Source: a virus
Lineage: Duplodnaviria > Caudoviricetes
Strand: one strand, 5' to 3'
Length of the DNA: 52,186 nt
Virus record (IMG/VR): IMGVR_UViG_3300032334_000367
Location: 1 to 52,186 of that record
Below are positions 9,485-17,209 of this stretch, piece by piece (the stretch's first letter is position 1; each line of letters begins with the position of its first letter). The translations under genes were made by a program, and so were the position numbers. Below the pieces are notes generated by a model. It searched no databases, was not told where the DNA came from, and saw only the letters and a program-made list of their open reading frames with translations.

Positions 9485-10343
9485 GAAATTCCCGATGCTT
9501 ACTTCCACGCTCTTTAGGATACTTGGTTGCTTCCCAACCAGTGTAGAGATCATGGTCATACACTAGAGGTGGGAAATTATATCCTTGCTGTAAAATAACA
9601 TCTACATCAGGACCATCGTTCAGCGCAGCATCAATAAACTGAGATGCGAATCTAAAGCAGTTTGAAATTTCAACCTTATTGGTAGATGACCTGAAACAAC
9701 GGAACTCGATAGTTCCTGTATGCTTCATGCAATATGTATTGATAGCATGACGGAATGGACGACCCATTGAAGCGCCATCCTTACCTGCTGCGTGAAGTTT
9801 GATGAAGTGATCAAAATCAGTAGCCAGATTGATGATATTGCTGCACATGTAATCTGGCATTGGACGTCCGCCGTCCCACTTCAAATAAGTGCGAGCAGTC
9901 TTCGTGTCTTTCATGGCATAATGTTCTTTATACTGATAACATGCCTTGATAGTTTGCTCTTGATTGCGCTGAATGTATGCAATGAGGCTCTTTAGCGCAC
10001 CAATATCATCTTTAAGACCAGGAACAAATACATGGAGATGTCCATGATTTACACAAGATGAGGTGGGCTCATTACCGCTAGCTGCAAACAAGTCATGAAT
10101 CTCCATGATTCTATCAACTTGTTCAACCCAAGTCTTTGTTGGTTTGGTATTAATCTCACCGCCAAAAGGTGGCTCCAATCCAAGAGGATCGCAGGCAACG
10201 CCACGATATGGGTCGCGCTCATTGACAATATCAGTTTCTGCATATTCCCATTTTCCTAGATGTTCAGGAATTTGAAAATTACGAGGGATATCACCCCATT
10301 CTATCTCATAGCCATAGGTAAACGTGTCAGGAGAATATTTCAT
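9471..10343 (-). CDS. Putative amidoligase (COOH-NH2 ligase, Amidoligase_2-like)
   Basis: TYGYEIE, GGEINT, GHLHV, AIN, GTIEFR motifs of the glutamine synthetase/GCS-like fold. Confidence 0.8.
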   Translation of the reverse strand: MKYSPDTFTYGYEIEWGDIPRNFQIPEHLGKWEYAETDIVNERDPYRGVACDPLGLEPPFGGEINTKPTKTWVEQVDRIMEIHDLFAASGNEPTSSCVNHGHLHVFVPGLKDDIGALKSLIAYIQRNQEQTIKACYQYKEHYAMKDTKTARTYLKWDGGRPMPDYMCSNIINLATDFDHFIKLHAAGKDGASMGRPFRHAINTYCMKHTGTIEFRCFRSSTNKVEISNCFRFASQFIDAALNDGPDVDVILQQGYNFPPLVYDHDLYTGWEATKYPKERGSKHREFHAVV

Positions 10344-10345
10344 AA

Positions 10346-10975
10346 TTACACCATTTGTAAATCTTTAGTATCACTTCCGCATGGAACAATATCAGCTTTA
10401 TACTTTCTACCAGAAGCTCTGTACATAATATCTGCAGTAGAAGTTATGATGTAGCCATTGTCCAATTCAGTTTTATATAGGGGACGTTTACCGTTGCGAT
10501 AATATCTCATCTCCCCACAAGCATGTAGCTCAATAGCAGCAATGCTAGCATTTCTCCAAAGAAACAGAGGGGTCCTATCCACTGTATGCAGTAATAACTC
10601 GCTGTCATTTTTAGTTTGTGTATCAATTTCATATAGCTTTTTCCAATTTTCAGGAAGTTCTTGAGAAATTACGCCATTATGTACAATGGCAACATGATTA
10701 GTGTATAGCGGCTGGTTGTACTCTAGGTCACTAGTGCTATACCGACAATGACCGATTAACTTAATAGATTTTCCGCAAAGCTTTTCAAGCTTCTCTAGGT
10801 GAGAAAAATTATCTGATGATACTGGTTCTTTGAATGTAAGAAGTTCTTTCTTACTTAAGATTGTCATACCAGTTGCATGTAATCCTCTAATCTTAGACTC
10901 TATAAAAACTCTGCGGATTAGTTCAAACTGCTCAGCAGTAGGGTTTTCAATATTAACACCAATTACAGCACACAT
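10346..10975 (-). CDS. Class II (Ntn) glutamine amidotransferase
   Basis: N-terminal Cys2 (MCAVIG), RG..ATG, GHCRYST, HNG, NDSE, RPL. Confidence 0.87.
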   Translation of the reverse strand: MCAVIGVNIENPTAEQFELIRRVFIESKIRGLHATGMTILSKKELLTFKEPVSSDNFSHLEKLEKLCGKSIKLIGHCRYSTSDLEYNQPLYTNHVAIVHNGVISQELPENWKKLYEIDTQTKNDSELLLHTVDRTPLFLWRNASIAAIELHACGEMRYYRNGKRPLYKTELDNGYIITSTADIMYRASGRKYKADIVPCGSDTKDLQMV

Positions 10976-12333
10976 TAACCGAACAATGCCTCTAGTGAGC
11001 TTTCCTTGGTGTTAGCTTTTGGATGATACTTGTCAAGCATTTCTCGACCACCATGAGTTTCAAGATAGTCATACCATTCTTTAGTTTCCCACATCCCTTC
11101 ACTTACACCATTCCACAACTTACGTTGCATTGGGTGCTCAGGATTTTTGCGACGAAATTCTACAAACTCAAAGCGATGGTTTTCATATTCATATGAGCCA
11201 AGTTCAAGCATCTTCTCACGAAGATAACAAACAAGGCTGATACGCTCACCGTCATCATATGTTTCAATAGGAGTGTTACCATGAATAATCTCATGATTGT
11301 TCACAAGTAATAGATCGCCTGGACGAACATTTACCGCAATGCGATACTCTGGGAAAATAAGGTAGCCACCACGATACTTTCCATTATTAGAGAGCACAAG
11401 AAGATTGCTTAGACCATCGCTGAAATCTCCAGCATCACGATGACATGCAGTACGGAAAGTCTTGTTCACAGTAATAGTTGTGAATACAGTTTCAGGAACT
11501 AGGAATCGCTGGTCAATTTTATCAGCTGCAGCTCTCTGATTACCCCAACGCGAAGGTAGAAGTTCTTTAAACCCTTTGTCGAGAGTTTGTAGGAAGGGGA
11601 ATGCCATTTTGAATTTATCAAAATGATTCTTGGTGTAAGCAGTAGCGCGACCATATGGGATGCGAGGATAACGATCGAACCAACCAGCAATACCAGAGTT
11701 TACTGCATTAGCATAGGTTGTATCAGAAATATATTTGTCTAGAGTATCTCTAGCAGAACTACGAATCTGAGCTTTATCTTTAAGCTTAAGAACGCCTTTC
11801 AACCAACCATCAAAGTTAAAATTATTTTTTTCAACTTCAGAAGCCAACCAAACCAGACCACGAGTCGAGGAGTTATCCTTTGTCTTTTGCTTGACCAATT
11901 CAATTTCTGTTTTAAGGTCTACTTGAATTACAGTTTCTTGTAGATCCGCTAGGAGCTCTAAAGTTTGAATTTGATAATCTGTAACCCATTCACGCTGGGC
12001 GCACTTTTCGCCTCTTGGTCCAGAAGCCAACCCACGATTCTGCGATGGAGTTGCGGCTTCTCGCAAACCAAGATATGCTTGTTCTTGTTCTTCTTTGCTG
12101 AAGAAATTCTTTCTGAACATGAAAGCGATACGCTTTTCATCTTTGGTATTCTTAGACTTGCAATCTTTGCAGTCTGATTCTTTACACTGAGCTTTCTCGA
12201 ACGGAGAGCAATCTGCTTCATAGTAGCAGTCAGTGTCTGACTCAATAAGTGTATCATAATGAGTCTCATCTACAAATTGTCCAAGTAGATGTTCACAATC
12301 AATTTTAGTTCTAGCGACAATTACATTAACCAT
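10975..12333 (-). CDS. TET/JBP-family 2OG-Fe(II) dioxygenase
   Basis: FTTITVN, CHRDAGD (HxD), HEIIHGN distal His, ERISLVCY (RxS). Confidence 0.85.
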   Translation of the reverse strand: MVNVIVARTKIDCEHLLGQFVDETHYDTLIESDTDCYYEADCSPFEKAQCKESDCKDCKSKNTKDEKRIAFMFRKNFFSKEEQEQAYLGLREAATPSQNRGLASGPRGEKCAQREWVTDYQIQTLELLADLQETVIQVDLKTEIELVKQKTKDNSSTRGLVWLASEVEKNNFNFDGWLKGVLKLKDKAQIRSSARDTLDKYISDTTYANAVNSGIAGWFDRYPRIPYGRATAYTKNHFDKFKMAFPFLQTLDKGFKELLPSRWGNQRAAADKIDQRFLVPETVFTTITVNKTFRTACHRDAGDFSDGLSNLLVLSNNGKYRGGYLIFPEYRIAVNVRPGDLLLVNNHEIIHGNTPIETYDDGERISLVCYLREKMLELGSYEYENHRFEFVEFRRKNPEHPMQRKLWNGVSEGMWETKEWYDYLETHGGREMLDKYHPKANTKESSLEALFG

Positions 12334-12361
12334 TACATTCTCCGACTCTCAAGGTAATTCT

Positions 12362-12390
12362 ATTATACCTCTTACTTATGCAGAAAGCAA
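12362..12390 (-). promoter_or_regulatory. sigma70-like promoter of the DNA-modification operon (TTGCTT-N17-TATAAT)
   Basis: Hexamers at 12385-12390 and 12362-12367, just downstream of a terminator. Confidence 0.72.
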
Positions 12391-12395
12391 ACTCG

Positions 12396-12427
12396 AAAAC
12401 GATGTGGGGGGCAAAAAGCCCCCCACA
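12396..12427 (-). terminator. Rho-independent terminator
   Basis: 10-bp perfect stem TGTGGGGGGC/GCCCCCCACA followed by TCGTTTT. Confidence 0.8.
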
Positions 12428-12459
12428 ATTACGAAATAAATCGTAAGTAATTGCCACTA

Positions 12460-12741
12460 TTAGGCAGCAATAGCATCGCGATAAAGAGACTTACGAGCGC
12501 GAGCAATATGCCGCGACTCAATGCTCTTCATAAACGATTCGCTTGGGGTGCCAAGACGATAGGCGAAAGTCTTCTCACCACGGCTATTGGTCACACGATT
12601 GGTGTAAACAGCAACGCCCTGATTGCGTAGACGATAGACTAGGTCAGCGACATTCTCGACCTTGAAAAGAGTACGAGCCTGACGCGAAGTCACCTGATTT
12701 CCGTTAGCGAGATAACGGTACATAGAAAGAACAGCAGACAT
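12460..12741 (-). CDS. Small winged-HTH DNA-binding protein
   Basis: YLANG..VTSRQA..VADLVYRLRNQG..YRLG pattern; start at MSAVL with a GAGG SD. Confidence 0.65.
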   Translation of the reverse strand: MSAVLSMYRYLANGNQVTSRQARTLFKVENVADLVYRLRNQGVAVYTNRVTNSRGEKTFAYRLGTPSESFMKSIESRHIARARKSLYRDAIAA

Positions 12742-12814
12742 ATTAAAATCCTCAACTACAAACACCGCGCAATTCAACTCTACTGGGGTGCGGCTTACTC
12801 AGTAGATACATTAT

Positions 12815-12843
12815 ATTATACCCTAGTTGGAGTATAATAGCAA
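12815..12843 (-). promoter_or_regulatory. sigma70-like promoter (TTGCTA-N17-TATAAT) overlapped by an inverted repeat
   Basis: ATTATAC-N10-GTATAAT palindrome spans the -10 box and the spacer. Confidence 0.65.
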
Positions 12844-12866
12844 ATGTTTTTTAAAATTATTTTCTA

Positions 12867-14090
12867 TTACATTTGAGTGGTGGTTTCTTCAACCACCGCC
12901 GCAACAGGCTCAGGAGTTACAACAACCTCAGGATTGATAGAGGCATCGATTGCCTGATAGAATTCCAAGAAAGAATTCTTGGTATCAGTATCGAAACGAT
13001 TCAAGCAAAGCTCGATCGCTTTCTTACGATCCTGGAAGATAGAAAACGTCTTAATAATATGAACAAGACGACGAGTTGAAATTAGCTCATTAATAGAGCC
13101 ATCGACGAATGCTTTACGGATAATTTCAGCCCAGGTGCAAAGATGAGTCGCAAAACCATCATCAAGGCACCCGAGCTGTTCCATGTTCTTCATGACGATT
13201 TTCTTTTCAATCGCAGAAGTAGGATACTCTTGTTCCATCGTAATACTGAAACGCTCAAGGAACGCTTCGTTCATAACCTTGGTGCCGACGAAACGACCAT
13301 CGTCACTACCCTTACCCTTGGTGTTACCAGTGATGAAGATATTGAAACCTTCAGCAGGATGAACCATTTCACCAGTCTTCTTATTAAGATATGGCTTACC
13401 TTCAAGGATCGGCATCAAACAAAGAATCTTAGTATTATTCAAGTCACCTTCGTCGATAAGAAGAACCGAACCAGTACGCATTGCAAGAATGACTGCACCT
13501 TCGCGGTAAACCGTATTGCCATTCACCAGCTCAGTACCACCAAGCAAGTCGAGTTCGTCAGTTTCTTCGGTGACATTGATGCGCAAAATTTGACGCTTCA
13601 GCTTTGCGCATGCCTGAACGATGGACATCGTCTTACCATTACCCGACATACCAGTTACATAAACTGGGAAGAAAATCTTGGAAGAGATAATCTTTTCAAT
13701 GTCAGAATAGTTGCCAAACGGCACATAAGTGGGATCGCGGTCAGGAACCGTGCAGGAAATATCTGCCTGCATGGAAGTGGGACCACCAGAGATAACAGTG
13801 CGAGCCTGTTCAATAACCACAGGAGCAGGTGCCTCTGCCCTGCTGACTTTCTTCATCGGAGGAAAGGGTGTCATGGGCTTGAATGCGGCAACCACTGACA
13901 TCGCAACACTATACTTACCACGAGCAACCTTTCGGTTGGCGTCACGATAGATGAAGTATGGGAAAGCTGAACCAGTGTTTTCAACATAAGAACGAATCTG
14001 GTTATTGTCCAAAACTTCAGTGCCGTAGTGGCTAGAGATTTCGGTCAAAAACTGATTCTGCTGTTCAGCATTATAAGAAAGTTTCGGCAT
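12867..14090 (-). CDS. CobS/MoxR-like AAA+ ATPase
   Basis: GMSGNGKT Walker A, LLIDE Walker B, NEAFLERF, STRRLV. Confidence 0.88.
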   Translation of the reverse strand: MPKLSYNAEQQNQFLTEISSHYGTEVLDNNQIRSYVENTGSAFPYFIYRDANRKVARGKYSVAMSVVAAFKPMTPFPPMKKVSRAEAPAPVVIEQARTVISGGPTSMQADISCTVPDRDPTYVPFGNYSDIEKIISSKIFFPVYVTGMSGNGKTMSIVQACAKLKRQILRINVTEETDELDLLGGTELVNGNTVYREGAVILAMRTGSVLLIDEGDLNNTKILCLMPILEGKPYLNKKTGEMVHPAEGFNIFITGNTKGKGSDDGRFVGTKVMNEAFLERFSITMEQEYPTSAIEKKIVMKNMEQLGCLDDGFATHLCTWAEIIRKAFVDGSINELISTRRLVHIIKTFSIFQDRKKAIELCLNRFDTDTKNSFLEFYQAIDASINPEVVVTPEPVAAVVEETTTQM

Positions 14091-14141
14091 AAATTATTTC
14101 ACCCTCACATTTAATAACATAATATTTCAACCTATAAGAAT

Positions 14142-14204
14142 ATTGTACTCTATTAGGGCTAAAAAGGCAAGCCTTAAAAACCCTAATAGAATCAATAACT
14201 TACG
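14142..14204 (-). promoter_or_regulatory. Composite early promoter: IHF-like box + TTGCCT-N17-TACAAT
   Basis: -10 at 14142-14147, -35 at 14165-14170, AATCAATAACTTA at 14190-14202. Confidence 0.75.
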
Positions 14205-16551
14205 CAGCTATGTTTTGCATGAACCGACTTAAGAACATTCGCTGAATGTTGCGGTTTTTGACGGAAGCCATGAATGCTTTGGCCAACTTGCTCTTGGTCG
14301 CATCTTCGGGAACAACAATCTTCTCATCTTTAATTTCAAGACTATCGTTCACAACAAAGAAATATTCATCAAACCCAAATTTGTCACAAGACATAAAATT
14401 GTCAACCGCAATTTTATTGCGAAGATTTCGCATCTGCTGACGGAAAATATCCCTCTGAGCATCAGTTTCATTACGATTTGTTCTAGGATCAACAAACTCA
14501 TAAGGATATACTAGATTCGGAATATCGGTTTTACGACAAATGTAATATCCAGTATACTTTGCTCCAGTAACCTTTTTGGCAACTTCAATTAGAGCGCGAG
14601 TAGATATGAAACGGTCATCACCATACCTATAGGTACTCTTCATCTTATCTTCATAACGAACGCGAACATTCGTTCCAGGATATTGGATATAAAAAGAAGA
14701 CTTACTATTTTTGTCAATATGTACATATTCTTTTCTTCCCTTATTGTCAGAGAAATATTGACGGGTTGTGACACCTTCACCATCAGTCAAGAAAATGCAA
14801 TTTACAATATCGAGACGATTAGACGTTTTGAAGTTACTCACAATTTCAATAGATGAAGCAACTGCCTCATCGAGCGGAGTTCCATGTAGCTGTTCAGAAC
14901 ATGGAATAGCACTCTCACGAACAGTATAGTCTATATTTTGAGCTTTACCAAGGTAAATTAAATTCATGCATGATTCGCGATAATCATTTTGATTCATGCT
15001 GCTGCTAAGATAATGTTTCAGATGAAAACAATCATCTGAAAGATCTAGAACATCTTTCTCGATTACAATCTTGCGAAGAGCGACTCTAACATCATCATAT
15101 ACGACAGCCGATTTAGGATTGTTACTGAACCCATATACATCAAATGGAATATTTACTTTTTTGCAAAACATGGTAAGAGCAATTGCTTGCTCAAAAGTCT
15201 TCAAAAGAATGTCACTCATAGAACCAGAAAGGTCGATGAATAGAACAAGACCGTGATTCTTTCCCTGCTGGATAGTGGTAACACGTTTGAAAATGTCAGC
15301 ACCGAGCGAGTACCGAGAAAGTTTACCCACATCGACTTCACCAGACTTAGAAACTTTTGCGCGAGAAAGCTGAGACGCATTTTTGCGCATCTCAAATTCC
15401 TTAACCATGTAATTTACCATAGGTCCACTGCGCGAAATAAAATCGCGATATGCGACGTTTCTCATATTATGGATTAATACAGAAGGAACATACTCATTCA
15501 TGTAGCTGTAAATGGTATCATGAGTGGCAAAATCTTCGATATGATTTTTGATCGCACTATGCACTTTCTTGTAATTTACGACAGTATGTGGTTTAAAGCG
15601 AGGAACGAAAACAGTCTTGCTGTGGATAGAACCATCAATAAGATTTTTCTCATTCATTCGGAATGCATTATCGGTAATAGAAGTTAGATCGTCATCATCA
15701 GTTTCAGATTCTCCCAAAGAGTTCAATTTTGATTCTTTTTCGTCTTCATCTTCGTCCTCATCAGAATCCTTAAATTCATCAGATTCTTCAGAGTCGTCGG
15801 AGTTATCGGAGTTGTCAGTTTCTTCAGATTCATAAGAATTGTCAAAGTTATCAGAGTCTTCAGAGTCATCAGAATCATCAGATTCTTCCGAATCTTCAAA
15901 TTCATCATATTGACCATTGTTATTCCAACTATCAAATTCGTCAGATTCATCATCTTCAGGAGACTTATCTTTCATCTCGTTTTTCTTTTTCTGCCACTCT
16001 TCTTTTGCCAGAGCGTGCAAATCGGTTGCGATGTTATGTACATCTTCCCAAGTTTGGGCAGCATTAATACGATCGACGAATTTCAGTTCGTCTGGGCTGA
16101 ATCCCACAGTAACGTGCGCACCCAACTTGTAGAAAATATTGATGCGGTCAATGAGACGTAAAGTCTTGACGTCGATTCCAGAAAGACCGAAGAAATCTTG
16201 CTCATGGAGCTTTCTGTATGCAAGATTGAACGAACGACGCAGACCAGGATACTTTTCCTTGATCTTACGTTCGATGCGAGCATCTTCAACGACATTAAGA
16301 TAAGACTTGAGAGACCTATTGTTCTCGACGGCAGAATGCCAACCTTCTGCCGGAGTGTAAAATGCGTGACCAACTTCATGACCCGTCATCAGGTCATAAG
16401 TGTCAGAATCCATCTCTCTGTAATTTGGGAGAACGATCGTGCGAGTCTCGAGGTCGAAATACGCAGTCGGAACATTACGATGCTCCACTGACAAATTTTC
16501 CTGCGCGAGCAATTTCGCGAGGGTAGATTTACGTTCGAATAGATTTTCCAT
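14200..16551 (-). CDS. CobT-like protein: HExxH metallopeptidase-like domain, acidic linker, VWA domain
   Basis: HEVGH, NVVEDARIE, D/E/S-rich linker, DLSGSM MIDAS, GTPL, LTDGE. Confidence 0.85.
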   Translation of the reverse strand: MENLFERKSTLAKLLAQENLSVEHRNVPTAYFDLETRTIVLPNYREMDSDTYDLMTGHEVGHAFYTPAEGWHSAVENNRSLKSYLNVVEDARIERKIKEKYPGLRRSFNLAYRKLHEQDFFGLSGIDVKTLRLIDRINIFYKLGAHVTVGFSPDELKFVDRINAAQTWEDVHNIATDLHALAKEEWQKKKNEMKDKSPEDDESDEFDSWNNNGQYDEFEDSEESDDSDDSEDSDNFDNSYESEETDNSDNSDDSEESDEFKDSDEDEDEDEKESKLNSLGESETDDDDLTSITDNAFRMNEKNLIDGSIHSKTVFVPRFKPHTVVNYKKVHSAIKNHIEDFATHDTIYSYMNEYVPSVLIHNMRNVAYRDFISRSGPMVNYMVKEFEMRKNASQLSRAKVSKSGEVDVGKLSRYSLGADIFKRVTTIQQGKNHGLVLFIDLSGSMSDILLKTFEQAIALTMFCKKVNIPFDVYGFSNNPKSAVVYDDVRVALRKIVIEKDVLDLSDDCFHLKHYLSSSMNQNDYRESCMNLIYLGKAQNIDYTVRESAIPCSEQLHGTPLDEAVASSIEIVSNFKTSNRLDIVNCIFLTDGEGVTTRQYFSDNKGRKEYVHIDKNSKSSFYIQYPGTNVRVRYEDKMKSTYRYGDDRFISTRALIEVAKKVTGAKYTGYYICRKTDIPNLVYPYEFVDPRTNRNETDAQRDIFRQQMRNLRNKIAVDNFMSCDKFGFDEYFFVVNDSLEIKDEKIVVPEDATKSKLAKAFMASVKNRNIQRMFLSRFMQNIAA

Positions 16552-16580
16552 TTGGGTTCCTTTACCAACTCTATAGGACA

Positions 16581-16643
16581 ATTGTACTATATCTTAGCTG
16601 GAAAAGCAACCCCTAAAAACTTGAACAGAATCAATAACTTACG
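16581..16643 (-). promoter_or_regulatory. Composite early promoter: IHF-like box + TTGCTT-N17-TACAAT
   Basis: -10 at 16581-16586, -35 at 16604-16609, AATCAATAACTTA at 16629-16641. Confidence 0.75.
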
Positions 16644-17209
16644 GGTGTTTCTTTTTCAACTGTCTTTTTCATAATCTTAAGGTTTTTCTTAATTTTTTTC
16701 TTTTCTCTTTCTAATGTTAGAGATGAAACTTTCTTGGTGTAGAATATTCCATCTAAATGATCAATTTCGTGCTGAATGCAAACTGCTGCCATTCCATCAA
16801 AAGATTGTACCACTTTGTTTCCCTGAAAATCAAAAGACTCAACAGTTACTGCTTCTGCTCTGGGAATATTTAAAAATAGTCCTGGAAAAGAAAGACAGCC
16901 TTCTTTGAGATTAGAGACACCGAGACGATTTACAATTTTAGGATTAAACATTACATATGCAGTTGCTCCCATATTAAGAACACAAACACGATATGGTAAT
17001 CCGACTTGATTAGCAGATAATCCAACTCCTTGTTTTTTTGCCATAGTTTCAACTAAAGAGAATGCCAAATAATGCGGGTTAACCTGAGGGTTGGAGAAAT
17101 TAAATTCTTCAGTTGGTTTGTGTAGAATATCGTCATATTTGTCTACAAGATCGTAGATCTCATATTCAACCATATTACCATCAATAAATTTAAGTTTCTT
17201 TGTGCCCAT
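16631..17209 (-). CDS. def: Peptide deformylase
   Basis: GVGLSANQVG, EGCLS, QHEIDHLDG. Confidence 0.95.
   Translation of the reverse strand: MGTKKLKFIDGNMVEYEIYDLVDKYDDILHKPTEEFNFSNPQVNPHYLAFSLVETMAKKQGVGLSANQVGLPYRVCVLNMGATAYVMFNPKIVNRLGVSNLKEGCLSFPGLFLNIPRAEAVTVESFDFQGNKVVQSFDGMAAVCIQHEIDHLDGIFYTKKVSSLTLEREKKKIKKNLKIMKKTVEKETPVSY

Noticed and set aside
13143-13898. 251-aa + strand ORF
   Set aside because: Antisense to the well-conserved CobS-like ATPase; no motif or promoter.
15690-15960. Low-complexity tcaga/tcatc-rich tract
   Set aside because: Encodes the acidic linker of the CobT-like protein; not an independent element.
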